A stretch of 50,345 bases of DNA, filler included, from Stramenopiles sp. TOSAG23-3 (Eukaryota): the NCBI GenBank assembly GCA_900128585.1. It is 4 parts of 4 records of this genome, joined end to end, with 100 filler letters (N's around TTAATTAATTAA, not from the genome) between each part and the next. Parts side by side here need not be neighbours in the genome. Positions count along the whole stretch, not along the records: positions 1 to 23,046 come from LT642318.1; 3 more parts are not named here. The stretch is one strand, 5' to 3'. The position numbers and the translations under genes are program-made. Positions 1-10,347 of the stretch are shown one piece after another. Below the pieces are notes generated by a model that did no database searches, was not told the origin of the DNA, and saw only the letters and a list, made by a program, of their open reading frames with translations. Position 1 is the first letter of the stretch; each line of letters starts with the position of its first letter.

Positions 1-236
1 TAGATGGATTAACACTTCTTTCAAATGAACCGTAATCAACTTCCTCATCCGATATCTCGCTCATAGGTGACTCAATCCTTGTACGATTTTCCAAGCAGCG
101 GCTTAATAGTTTTACAGGTGCTCGTTGTCTGTCTTGTTATTTTAAATTATTGAAGAGACAAATGCCTTTAAAAGGGGGAGGATTTTTTTGTTTTTAATTT
201 GTGAGATTTAAATTATCCTCTGATTAAATCGTTCGT

Positions 237-2339
237 TTAAACGGTCTCGTCGCTCGCGTCTTTCTCCCTCTCATCGACGATGTACTTGCCAGTACTAAGG
301 TCGGAGCCTGTCGTGTGGCGACGAAGAACTCGTTGTGGGTCTGGGCTCGTGTGCTGCGCTTCGTTATCGGTTATCTCTTCCAGCTGATTGTCTAGTACTT
401 GCATTTCTTTCGTGAATATTTTGACTCCTTTCGTAGAGATTTGCCGAATCTTTGCGCCCATTTTTTCAGCGTATGTATAATTTGGGGTCTCCAACTCTAA
501 TTTTGCATGATCAAGAACATTTTTCAGGACAGCATTGTATGCTTCGTCGATGATACTGACGAACATAGTAAATAAGATATACATGGTCAGGCAACCGAAA
601 AGGACCATATAAATGACCCCACTGCTTTCGTAGGGCGTATCCGCAAACTGGTCGAAGTCGATGTCGCCGATCCACGTTCGCAACACGGTGATTCCTGATT
701 TTTGTATGGTGCTGAAGCTGTCCATTGAATCGCCAAACATTCCATTGCTCTGAATGGCCATTGCAGTCGCCCAAATGCACAAAAACAGTAGCATGCTGGT
801 GGATTGCTGCAGCGCCTTAATGAGTGTTAATATTGGCAACTCCATACGAGGCGTAGGGGAAATAAATTTCACAAGGCGCAATGTCATCATAAACATTATC
901 CAACCGTACTGAACCCGGCAACTTTGGGACGTTGTCAGCCCCGCCATCGTCACACCCAACCTTGATTCGTCTCCAACCAACGGGATATCTTCGTTTGCAT
1001 GAATGACATCAAGCTTGAATTTTACTGCAAAGTTCAGCGATAATATGCTGATGGCCAAGTCGAACAAGTTCCATATGTTGTCAAAACTAAAGTACTTGAA
1101 CCGCCTCACTAAAATTTCATTAAATTCAAATATCAGCATGGCAACAGCTGGGAGAATACAAATGCACAAATAGATTGATTCTTGCGAGCGGCGGTACGCA
1201 TCATTTCCAAAGGCTGTTCCCGCCATGATTACATACTTGGGAGTGACGATGCCGTAACGATTGATATAGAATTGCATTTGCATGCACGCCACAGAATCTT
1301 GGAACTCTCCTTTTTCGAATGTGCTGGCAGTGGATGTAAACGGCGAGGCGCAGATCGAAACCTGGACTAACCTAGTGCTCTGATCAACCCACGAGTTTTT
1401 TTCAAAGAAACTCAAAGCCTCGCTTACACATTTATTCCGCCCGTCCATTTGGCCGGCGTATGAAGGTTGGGTGCCCGAAGCATTTTTGTACTTCATAATC
1501 CAAGGCAAATGCAGATAATAGCCCGTTGAAGGAAACGTGACGCCATCGTACGAGACGCTCGGTTTCCCTGTGTTTGTATAGCCTGGATCTGTTTTGCAAA
1601 ACGGACGGCATTCAGAACTAGGGCATGATTGAATATCCCCCATCCATGATTCACCCTCCTTATTTTGCAGATGGTTGTACGTGTTTTCTGCATGGAATGG
1701 CAAGGCCGCATACTTTGACCGATGCTGCATTACCTCAGGGGGGGTAAATATCACGACGACCCCATCGATCGTCTCAGCGCCGTACTCCTTCTGAGATTCA
1801 ATCACTGCCTCGCCTACTGAGGTGGTGCTTTTAGGAACAATAGCGTTTGCGGCAACATTTTTCATCCACAGCCACACTTCGTCTACGCTTCCAATGTCCG
1901 AAAAGTGCTTTTCAATGGGCTCGGAGGGGTCGTTCCATGGGGCTTCTATGAACGTATTTATCAAGATGTTGTTAAATGCAAATGTGCCCCTGTCTAGGAC
2001 GATGGGGCGAACAGTCGTCAACATCAGCACATAAAAACAAATAAAAACGATTGGCTGCACTATTGATCCCAGGTTATAAATATTCCACAGTAATGGGGCC
2101 ACGTCAGTCGGCCTTATCTGGTTTTCATCCACAATTATTTGCTCATTTTGGGCAATCTTCTTGAATTCCTCTTTGTTTACTTCGCCATCTTTGTTAGAAT
2201 CAACGTACGCCAAAAGTTCATCTTTGTCAATGACTCCATTTCTGTTAGTGTCCGCATGATGAAACGATTTCGCATGATGTGCTTTTATTGCAGGCGTCTT
2301 GTTCTCAATTGCAGACGTTTCGACGACATGGTGGGCCAT
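237..2339 (-). CDS. PKD2: Polycystin-2 (PKD2/TRPP)-like cation channel with two N-terminal EF-hands
   Basis: First ATG at 2339 (ORF-track start 2357 is TTG). EF loops DTNRNGVIDKDE and DSNKDGEVNKEE; S1 followed by polycystin/TOP domain (FSDIGSVDEVWLWM, WVDQSTRLV); KYFSFDNIWNLFD; LRLVKFI; pore FSTIQKS...TWIGDIDFD; S6 ending FVSIIDEAY. Confidence 0.85.
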   Translation of the reverse strand: MAHHVVETSAIENKTPAIKAHHAKSFHHADTNRNGVIDKDELLAYVDSNKDGEVNKEEFKKIAQNEQIIVDENQIRPTDVAPLLWNIYNLGSIVQPIVFICFYVLMLTTVRPIVLDRGTFAFNNILINTFIEAPWNDPSEPIEKHFSDIGSVDEVWLWMKNVAANAIVPKSTTSVGEAVIESQKEYGAETIDGVVVIFTPPEVMQHRSKYAALPFHAENTYNHLQNKEGESWMGDIQSCPSSECRPFCKTDPGYTNTGKPSVSYDGVTFPSTGYYLHLPWIMKYKNASGTQPSYAGQMDGRNKCVSEALSFFEKNSWVDQSTRLVQVSICASPFTSTASTFEKGEFQDSVACMQMQFYINRYGIVTPKYVIMAGTAFGNDAYRRSQESIYLCICILPAVAMLIFEFNEILVRRFKYFSFDNIWNLFDLAISILSLNFAVKFKLDVIHANEDIPLVGDESRLGVTMAGLTTSQSCRVQYGWIMFMMTLRLVKFISPTPRMELPILTLIKALQQSTSMLLFLCIWATAMAIQSNGMFGDSMDSFSTIQKSGITVLRTWIGDIDFDQFADTPYESSGVIYMVLFGCLTMYILFTMFVSIIDEAYNAVLKNVLDHAKLELETPNYTYAEKMGAKIRQISTKGVKIFTKEMQVLDNQLEEITDNEAQHTSPDPQRVLRRHTTGSDLSTGKYIVDEREKDASDETV

Positions 2340-2783
2340 GGTTGGACAAACTTTCAAATCGGAAGATCGCTGACAATTGCTTCGTTTCTTTCTTTCTTCC
2401 TTCGTATAATTTCTTACACTTTCGCCTGATGTTGCTTCTTTATTACATTACATTTTCGTCACCCAATCCCAAAACCCCAAACTCGCCCACCATATCCTCC
2501 ATCAAACAACTTAAATAAAAGCAACAACGACGATGACAAAAAAAATCAGTCGTGTTTTGTTATACCAAGTACTTGCTTGTGCTGCCCTGATGGCCTGATG
2601 GTTGTTTTTATTCATCATGGTCATATCCATGGTCATATTGTTGTGGTCATTCATTTATAAGAAAATTAATTGTCTTTATGCTGTGTTAATGTATTATTAT
2701 ATTACAATAAAACCAGCAAGCAACACAACGGACAAAAATGAAAAAAAAAATTTGAAAAAAAATAATATAAACTCTAATAATAA

Positions 2784-2844
2784 TTCTTCTTCTCTTTTTT
2801 TTCTTCTTTCTCTCTTCTTTCTTCTTCTTCTTCTTCTTCTTCTC
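2784..2844. repeat. (TTC)n / polypyrimidine microsatellite in divergent intergenic spacer
   Basis: Imperfect TTC run read directly. Confidence 0.9.
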
Positions 2845-3052
2845 ACAACAACCAACAATTCGATCTCCTCCTCCGGTCGGACGGACATACCAACTTATTA
2901 GGTATGTATAATAATATGTAGGAATATTCAGGAAGAACAAAAACAGAATCAACGTTTAACACCACTTAAGTGATAACCTTTCTCATTCTTCATTTGTTTT
3001 GTTTTCCTTCGAAGATTGTTCAGCGATTACCTTTTATTTACGCCGGCCCCCC

Positions 3053-4861
3053 ATGAAGTGGGCAATTTTCTTTGTAGTGGTATTGTTGCTAGCGTGTATC
3101 CATGCTTCCTCTGCAAAAAAAAATAAGAAACGGAAGAAAAGGAACGGTAAGGTAAAAAAGCAGCCCTCTACGAAGCCACCGCCCCCCCCAACAAATTGTA
3201 AACTTGGTAACGATGGCAAATGGATTGGAAATGGTTGCAGTGAATTCATGGGCGAAAACGATGGGGAAAAATCGAAAGTTTCGAAAGGGGACGAAGTTGC
3301 CAGCCCGAAGCGGTATGGAATCGACTGGGTGCTCCACCCGTTCTCCCGCGATGAATATTTTGAAAATTACTACCAGAAAAAGCCATTGCTCATTCAAAGA
3401 GGCAAAATGTTAAACAACCAGAACACCGAGGATTATTACGGCGATTTGTTCCCCATGTCTGCTCTCACAAAATGCATCGATAGTTTTAAATCACAGCGGT
3501 TGGGGACCGACTTCGTCCTTGTGAAAGAAGGGTTCGTGACACCCCCGCGGTTTAAAGAAATACATGATTCTTATGGGGCCTATTTAGAAGGTTATACCCT
3601 TGCCTCTTTCATAATGAACCGATTGTGGGCAAACTTAGGAAAGCTAGTGGATCGGCTCGAAGACGATTTTGGATTCCCCTTTCGTGTGAATGTGTACTTG
3701 ACCCCTCGTGGCGCCCAAGGGTTTTTCCCTCATACGGACCAGCACGATTTTTTCATTATGCAGATGGCCGGTTCCAAGCACTGGAAGGTATTCAACAACC
3801 CGATACCCCTGGCCACACGAGACCAAGAACTAGGGAAGCACGGGGACCCCTTGAAAGAGGAAGATTTGGGCCCGCCGCTGTATGATGTGGTGCTGAAGCA
3901 AGGCGATGTTTTGTACTCCCCACGCGGATTTATACACTCCGCTCGCACATCGAACGAGACAGGGTCCATGCATTTGACTGTTAGAATTTTGAATGCGTTC
4001 TTCTTCAAATGGGGCAATTTTTTCGAAAAGGCGTTGCCACCTACAGATAATGGGAAACATAAGAAGAGGGGCATCGGTCTGCCTCCCCTGAAACAAATGC
4101 AAGAGTTGGATCTGGAGTTTCGATACTCAACACCTGTTAAGTGGATGGTCATTGAATCAAAACGAGCACAGATTAAGTTATTGAAGCAAACGCTGTGCAA
4201 CGAGACAGAGGCCATGGCAGAGCGAAGGAAAAAAATCAGAAGCCACTGTGTCGTCCAGGAACGGTGGGTGGACGCGTTCTATCGCGCAAAGCGCAGATGG
4301 AAAAAACAAAAGAGCAAGCCGTCGAAGAAGAAGAAGGAAAGAGAAAAGGCAAAAATACGCAAATGGCTTGAGCAACATCTAAAGGTCGGGCAGGGTGCGA
4401 AAAAGCTTCGCGAACTGAAGCAAACCATTGACGATGAGCACCATAATCTGTTGGAAAAAGTCCGTGGGCTGTATCCGGCAGGTCTGAAATCTTTCTTTGA
4501 AAAAGATCAGTACTGTTTTGCAAAGAAAGGCATTAAGGTAGAGATTGAGAAAAGCATGTCAATCGATGCCAGCGGCTCGCCCGATTTTGATAAAAATAGA
4601 GTGATCTTGACGCACCAGCGATCTCGCCACACCTTCCGCCCCGAACTGTTCAGCGTATTGAAACAAGTGGAACGGTTTGCAAACAGCGGGAGACCCTTCC
4701 AGGTAAAGGACCTGACAGCTGCCCCTGATCATTTTGAGCGTGTGTCATTGGCGCATCATTTGCGGGATCTAAAAGTGTTGGACGCGGTTGACGTACGCCC
4801 GGTTGACAAAACTACGACGAAAAAGAAGAAGAGAAAGAAAAAGAAGAGAAAGAAGGAGTAG
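3053..4861 (+). CDS. JmjC/cupin_4 2-oxoglutarate Fe(II) oxygenase, NO66/MINA53 (ROX)-like, with predicted signal peptide
   Basis: ATG at 3053 (MKWAIFFVVVLLLACIHASSA). YFENYYQKKPLLI; NVYLTPRGAQGFFPHTDQHDFFIMQMAGSKHWKVF (HxD, K); LKQGDVLYSPRGFIHSA (distal His). These match ROX-family motifs. Confidence 0.85.
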   Translation: MKWAIFFVVVLLLACIHASSAKKNKKRKKRNGKVKKQPSTKPPPPPTNCKLGNDGKWIGNGCSEFMGENDGEKSKVSKGDEVASPKRYGIDWVLHPFSRDEYFENYYQKKPLLIQRGKMLNNQNTEDYYGDLFPMSALTKCIDSFKSQRLGTDFVLVKEGFVTPPRFKEIHDSYGAYLEGYTLASFIMNRLWANLGKLVDRLEDDFGFPFRVNVYLTPRGAQGFFPHTDQHDFFIMQMAGSKHWKVFNNPIPLATRDQELGKHGDPLKEEDLGPPLYDVVLKQGDVLYSPRGFIHSARTSNETGSMHLTVRILNAFFFKWGNFFEKALPPTDNGKHKKRGIGLPPLKQMQELDLEFRYSTPVKWMVIESKRAQIKLLKQTLCNETEAMAERRKKIRSHCVVQERWVDAFYRAKRRWKKQKSKPSKKKKEREKAKIRKWLEQHLKVGQGAKKLRELKQTIDDEHHNLLEKVRGLYPAGLKSFFEKDQYCFAKKGIKVEIEKSMSIDASGSPDFDKNRVILTHQRSRHTFRPELFSVLKQVERFANSGRPFQVKDLTAAPDHFERVSLAHHLRDLKVLDAVDVRPVDKTTTKKKKRKKKKRKKE

Positions 4862-5377
4862 AGTAGCCAACGAACTCCACCAAACCACACCCATCGGGCT
4901 CATGAATAAAAAAACAGTAGAAGAATACATTTGTATGTGTAATATATATTATTATAGTGTTGGTGCACAAACAACACAACACATCATACAATAAAAAAAA
5001 TGATGATTGTTCACGTTGTCACACACAATAACAAGCGCTATAAGATATAATAATAATTAACTACACCAACTACCACTGTGTGATGGAAGAAGAGAAGAAT
5101 GTGTTTTTTTATTTTATTATTATTATTACTATACAATATTATTATATTTTTTTATTATTATTATTTTTTGTTGTTGTTGTGTTTGTTGTTGTTGTTATTT
5201 TTTTTTGTTGTAGAAAATTTTGTTCTTCCCGCCTTGTTTCGTTCACAATTGTTGAGAGTTTTGAGGGGAATTTAAGTAACGCAATAACGGCATGTAACAA
5301 ACATGAATCGGTGGTCTCACGTCTGCGAAATCAGTATTTAAATTACACACCTCAACAATTAGCCCATTTTGCGGCAC

Positions 5378-6028
5378 ATGGTTGGAATGCGTTTCCCACT
5401 ATTTTACGTTTTTGCTTTTGAATTCGCACTTCTGTTCGTGGGTAGTAAAGCGTATGAAGCTACCGAGAAGGAATTGAAGAGTTTGCCTGACTTTGGGAAA
5501 CCCCCTGTTTATCGCAAGCTACGTTGCACTGCTTGCCGGGCAAGTGTCATTGAGCTACATGAAGGTTTGGTCGAACTTGAGCGTAGAAAAGGGGGCCAAA
5601 AATATGTAAAGGAGTACGATCGGTTGGAAATGATAGAAGCTGTTTGTTTTGATTCCAAACTATCAAACGCTGCGCAAAAAAAGGACTTTAAGCGCAAAGG
5701 CTTGCCACTTTTCCCGCTTAAAGCATGGGGTTTGCAACGGAGGAATAATGAAGCAACAACAGATTTTTCCCGGGATGTTGCCATATCGAGAATTCAGGGA
5801 AATTGGGTGAATAACTTTTTGACAAATATGTGTGGGGAAATTATAGGGGAGTATGACGAAGAATTATTTCACGGATTCAAGACGCACGGCGAGGAAGGAA
5901 TCCACCATCTCATCAATGCTATTTGTGGGAGCGGGGAAAGTGTCTTGCGTGTTTGCGAGGATAAACTCTTAGGGAACGAAGAAGTATTGATGATTCCTTC
6001 TGAACGACAAAGAAACGGTGAGCTGTAA
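5378..6028 (+). CDS. Canopy (CNPY)/DUF3456 saposin-like ER protein
   Basis: Signal peptide; CTACRASVIEL; LEMIEAVC; MCGEIIGEYDEEL; IC...VC (saposin-like Cys pattern); C-terminal NGEL, an ER-retention-like xxEL. Start 5378 or 5387. Confidence 0.75.
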   Translation: MVGMRFPLFYVFAFEFALLFVGSKAYEATEKELKSLPDFGKPPVYRKLRCTACRASVIELHEGLVELERRKGGQKYVKEYDRLEMIEAVCFDSKLSNAAQKKDFKRKGLPLFPLKAWGLQRRNNEATTDFSRDVAISRIQGNWVNNFLTNMCGEIIGEYDEELFHGFKTHGEEGIHHLINAICGSGESVLRVCEDKLLGNEEVLMIPSERQRNGEL

Positions 6029-6240
6029 ATGATACAAGATGATGAAGATTTAATTTTGATTATGAACCCTTAACACGTAAAACTCTTTCGCGTGAGTTTT
6101 AATTGAAACTTACGGTGCGTAAGACAAATACATGTTTTCATGGAGTTATTTATTGCCTATCAATCACTTTACATCATCATTAACAGAGGAGCATTTTCTA
6201 AGAACAATGCGTTAAATTGATGGTCAGGAAATAGTACGAA

Positions 6241-8517
6241 TTACACATCATGCATTGCGCTCGAGATATTTGGAGACTCAGGGATAGGATTGTCTATCTC
6301 ATCGTCATCATCATCTTCATTAACCGAACCGTAACAATTTCTTTCATTTGGTTCCCGAAATTGTAGACCCAGGGCTCGAAATATATCCTCTTCCGAAACG
6401 GCCGGGACTCCGTCGCCAATTTTGATTTTTATCCCCTTTTTTCCCTCAGGGCGTATAACGGGCACCAAATCACGGTCTGAAAGTGACCACCCGATTTTAT
6501 TTGCGTAGTGCCGCATGGACCTGTTAAAGTAGTCGCTACCAGTAAAATAAAGTAGTGCAAATGGGTAGCTTCTTCGCGAGTAAACCTTCAAGTCGATATG
6601 GCGGCAAATGTTTCGTTCGTTGCTTTGCTGTGGTATCTTACAAACACCCATGTATGAACACTCGAAAGTTTCGGTCAAGTCTTCCACTAAAAACTTACAG
6701 CGCTTTAATTCCATAACCAATTGCTTCATAAAATACACTTGATTCCGTTCTGTATGAAAGTCGTGGGCGCAAAACAGCAGATCAATATCGCCGCACGTAT
6801 TTTTTCCTCGACGGTAGGAACCTGTGCATATAACGTCGACCCCAGCACAAATTTCTTTCGCTCTTAATTGTACGAAATCTCTTATCCGTGCCACCTCTTC
6901 GCGGGGAACCCTTTCTTTCAGATCGTCAAAGTGCTTTAGGCCGATGGACTGCCCATGGGTCAACTTTATTCTCCCAGAGTGAGCTGCAGCGCGCAAATCG
7001 GTGACAGATTTAATGTCAAACTTTTGGAACAGCGAATGGGCTGTGCTCGGTCCAATGCCCCATACTTGTCCTAGCTCGGTGATGCTGGCCGTTTTTGGAT
7101 CGCCCTTCAGCTCCTTCAGTAATGTGCTTTGACCGCCGTTGTCTATCATATCTTTCATTCTAGTAACCAACTTACTTCCGATACCATACGCTTTTGTCTG
7201 AAGCAAATCTATCGTACTGGCCGTTAACGGCATCTTCATCCGCTTAACAATGTTTGCAGCCCGTCTGTACCCCATTGCTCGCCATTGACCATCACCTCGA
7301 ATTTTGTATATGCCCTCTAGTTCTTCCAACTGCTTCACTATTTTTTCATTGGTGCACGCCACCGGGGATTTACTGTTTCTATGGCAGGCTAATTTGAAAC
7401 GGTTCGTGTATGCGTACTTTATCCTTCGTTTCTGTGATTCGGAAAACTTTGTGTTCCTGTTTAACGACCAGGAGACACAGAATGGAAGACCCTCCGGTTC
7501 TTGGCGAGGAAAATCCTTGGATTCAATATGGTTGATTACAGCGTCTGGGTGAAGTTCTGTTCCCTCAACACTTTCCCTTTTCTTACGCTTAGGACTATCG
7601 TCTTCTTCGCAAAGAATGGGATCCCCAATTTGATCGGAGGCTGACGCATCCTCGAACAGACAAGATTTGCTCAAAACGGGCGGCACTAGCTTTCTTAAAT
7701 CCAAACAGTGAAAATACCACTTCGTTTTTACAATTGTAACGTTTTTTTCAGAACAAGACCCCGTGAAGTTTCCGTAGCATCGACGTTTCAAATATTTTTC
7801 CGTGTCTACTTGCGTGTCAAAGCCACTAATAAATATGTACATTGAAGCCTCGGTCTTGGAATAAATATCTATGAATTCGTTCATTCGAAATACTGTAACG
7901 GAGTTGGAGGATAGTAATTTATCCAAATTGCTTTTAAAAATCCCGCCTTGTCGCATTGAAATATCTGCAACACCATCCATTATTACGACAACTGTCTTGG
8001 AAGTACTAACGTCCAGTGGAACACTATTTATCTGGGAGCCATCAACTACCAGTTTTTCAGACGTATCCTTTTCTTTCGATTTTGCCTTTTTGTCTTGTCC
8101 CATTGTCTTTAGTACTGGCCTGGAAGTGCTATCGTTCACTGGAACACTATTTACCTGGGAGCCGTCACCTACCAACTTTTCAGACGTATCCTTTTCTTTT
8201 GGTTTTGCCTTTTTGCCTTGTCCCATTGTCTTTAGTATCTTCCGTTTCGGTTTGTTACGACGCCCGGTCCGACGCGGGCTAGGGGAATAGGGCTCCCTGA
8301 ACTGGTCCAAGTAAGCCGTAAAATTTCGCTTTTCCCGCTTCGAAGAGCCCACCCTTACATACGGCCTCCAAGCCTTACCGCTCATTGCAACGGTCCAGCC
8401 AGCTCTAAAGAGATAACTATCCCGAATGAATTTGTTCGTGAAAGCAGCTAAAGTTTCTTTTTTACGATTCCATGTAAAAGTCTCTACGCTATGCCAAGTA
8501 CATGCACTGCACTGCAT
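6241..8517 (-). CDS. POLL: DNA polymerase lambda (family X) with probable BRCT domain
   Basis: 8-kDa lyase domain (WRAMGYRRAA...GIGSK); HhH VWGIGPSTA; TGSYRRGKNTCGDIDLL; RHIDLKVY; LLYFTGSDYFNRSMR; EEDIFRALGLQFREPNER. BRCT-like IVKTKWYFHCL. Start may be 8385 (MSGKAW). Confidence 0.92.
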   Translation of the reverse strand: MQCSACTWHSVETFTWNRKKETLAAFTNKFIRDSYLFRAGWTVAMSGKAWRPYVRVGSSKREKRNFTAYLDQFREPYSPSPRRTGRRNKPKRKILKTMGQGKKAKPKEKDTSEKLVGDGSQVNSVPVNDSTSRPVLKTMGQDKKAKSKEKDTSEKLVVDGSQINSVPLDVSTSKTVVVIMDGVADISMRQGGIFKSNLDKLLSSNSVTVFRMNEFIDIYSKTEASMYIFISGFDTQVDTEKYLKRRCYGNFTGSCSEKNVTIVKTKWYFHCLDLRKLVPPVLSKSCLFEDASASDQIGDPILCEEDDSPKRKKRESVEGTELHPDAVINHIESKDFPRQEPEGLPFCVSWSLNRNTKFSESQKRRIKYAYTNRFKLACHRNSKSPVACTNEKIVKQLEELEGIYKIRGDGQWRAMGYRRAANIVKRMKMPLTASTIDLLQTKAYGIGSKLVTRMKDMIDNGGQSTLLKELKGDPKTASITELGQVWGIGPSTAHSLFQKFDIKSVTDLRAAAHSGRIKLTHGQSIGLKHFDDLKERVPREEVARIRDFVQLRAKEICAGVDVICTGSYRRGKNTCGDIDLLFCAHDFHTERNQVYFMKQLVMELKRCKFLVEDLTETFECSYMGVCKIPQQSNERNICRHIDLKVYSRRSYPFALLYFTGSDYFNRSMRHYANKIGWSLSDRDLVPVIRPEGKKGIKIKIGDGVPAVSEEDIFRALGLQFREPNERNCYGSVNEDDDDDEIDNPIPESPNISSAMHDV
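7998..8237. repeat. 123-bp-period in-frame tandem duplication (2 copies, 41 aa) inside the Pol lambda N-terminus
   Basis: 7998-8114 vs 8121-8237; protein KTMGQGKKAKPKEKDTSEKLVGDGSQVNSVP vs KTMGQDKKAKSKEKDTSEKLVVDGSQINSVP. Confidence 0.95.
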
Positions 8518-9214
8518 TGATTCAAAGAAAAGAGGTTTTCTTTCGATAAATCAGAATGAAACGAGAGTACATAATTATTATATGGAGTTTTTTTCAATTG
8601 AGGTCATCATCAGCGACAAGAACAAAAAAGCTGCTGTTGTTGGTGGGTTAATAACTACTAACAGCAAATGTGTTGGAGGGTTTGCCGCGAAAGTACAAGG
8701 ACCTCATTGTAGTTAAAAAATATAAATTAAATTTGACCCATACTCTAATAATTAACCAACACGGTTTAATATATATACACACAATAGGAGAATCGCCAGT
8801 CTAACTTGAGAGTAGGCAACTTGAAGAATGTTCCTTTTACCTTCTGATTGTATTTTATATAGAAATAAAATTAGTAAATAAACAAAAATATTAAAATATA
8901 CTAAAAAATTAATCCCTACTCACAAGGATGATTCTTCTTCCACCACATTTTTTTTTCTTTTTTTTATAAAATATAGAATTTTTGTTCGTAGTACCAGGTA
9001 GTACCATGGTAGCATCTTCAATATAAATAATATATTATACCAAAGAAGAGTAACAACAAAACTTTTGAAGAAACTGTTGATGAAAGAGAAAGAAAAAGTA
9101 GATATTAGCCGCTTGCCAGGACACCAATAGAAAACTCGGTTGCAAGAACTATAAACGGCATTGGAAAAAGCTGCAGCCTTCGTTTTCGTAAAGATTCAAT
9201 ACGAAGAATTGATA

Positions 9215-10255
9215 ATGAATAATACTTGCAGTCTTGAAGCGCCAAGCAAGCGTCGTAAGTTGTGCTCGATGGGGTCAGGAGAAGTTATGCACATATTAAG
9301 TTACAAAGCGTTGGACGACAAGATCGAAGAATTTGAGACTGTAGTTCAGGAAATGGCTCGGCTGTTATATTCACTTGAGTCTGAAATTACTGACGTTCGA
9401 GTTTGCCATCCAAAGTGCGGTGAAGTGTGTTTTGTGCTCACGTTTATAACCAGGGAGGCAATGACCAAGTTCCAAGGCACAATTCAAATATGTTCGGAAG
9501 CACGTTTGAAGGACTTGATTACCACGGGGAGCGACCCGCAGTTTTCCGTAACCGGGTGTTTGATGCCGGCCGCCCACACGCTCCCGTCTCTCTTATCGTA
9601 TTTAAAAGTAAATGTAGTCGGGGATAACCACACCGAGCACGACGTAAAGGCCGTGCAGCGAGAGATTGAAAAATGGTTTCCCAGGCGCGGTGAATACTCG
9701 CAGTACATATCGTACGATAGCAAAGATGCGACGAAGTACACACGGAATTTAATATTCGGGAACGCGCACATGGACGTGATTCTGATGTGCTGGCCGGCAG
9801 GATCTCGTTCTACTATTCACGATCATGACGACAGCAGTTGTTGGGTAGTAGTCGTAGAAGGCTCGGTCCATGAAGTGCAGTACGCACAACCCAGATTGGA
9901 CAAGAAATTTTTAGAGGCAGAAAAAGTCAACCCTGCAACCGCAACGGGGTCTTGTGGAAATTTAAAAGTGACAAACACGGCCTTTTTGCGCTGTGGAGGG
10001 GTCACAAGCACATATGCGAATAACGAGATAGGTCTTCACCGCGTGGAAAATAGAACGGAAAAACTAGCATGCACCCTTCACGTGTATGCGCCCCCCCTCA
10101 AGAAAATGAGGATATACAACGAAGACGGAAAAGTGAAAGTATTTGTAGCCACGGCGTCAACCAGGGAAAGCGGGGACTCACTGACGAACGACCCGATTTT
10201 TGACGTAGATGCGTGGAATGCGATGAATATATCGTTGGGAGAAAGTGGGAGTTAA
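9215..10255 (+). CDS. CDO1: Cysteine dioxygenase type I with an extra N-terminal domain
   Basis: YTRNL (Arg60 equivalent); CWPAGSRSTIHDHDDSSCW (His86/His88/Cys93 spacing); GLHRVEN (His140); TLHVYAPP (His155/Tyr157). First ATG at 9215. Confidence 0.9.
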   Translation: MNNTCSLEAPSKRRKLCSMGSGEVMHILSYKALDDKIEEFETVVQEMARLLYSLESEITDVRVCHPKCGEVCFVLTFITREAMTKFQGTIQICSEARLKDLITTGSDPQFSVTGCLMPAAHTLPSLLSYLKVNVVGDNHTEHDVKAVQREIEKWFPRRGEYSQYISYDSKDATKYTRNLIFGNAHMDVILMCWPAGSRSTIHDHDDSSCWVVVVEGSVHEVQYAQPRLDKKFLEAEKVNPATATGSCGNLKVTNTAFLRCGGVTSTYANNEIGLHRVENRTEKLACTLHVYAPPLKKMRIYNEDGKVKVFVATASTRESGDSLTNDPIFDVDAWNAMNISLGESGS

Positions 10256-10347
10256 AGTTTAGCCTACGAAGTGTAGATTACGCTCCCAATATTGAAAACA
10301 TAATCTTCACTCTTCACAAAAATGGTGTGCACAGTGATGTTTTAAAA

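Noticed and set aside
1-64. Possible start of a minus-strand gene (MSEISDEEVDYGSFERSVNPS) running off the window
   Set aside because: Only 21 codons are visible; cannot be supported.
6078-6123. Two short hairpins (TAAAACTC/GAGTTTTA; CTTACG/CGTAAG) in the Canopy/Pol lambda convergent spacer
   Set aside because: Stems of 8 and 6 bp in AT-rich DNA are compatible with chance, and bacterial-type terminators are not expected here.
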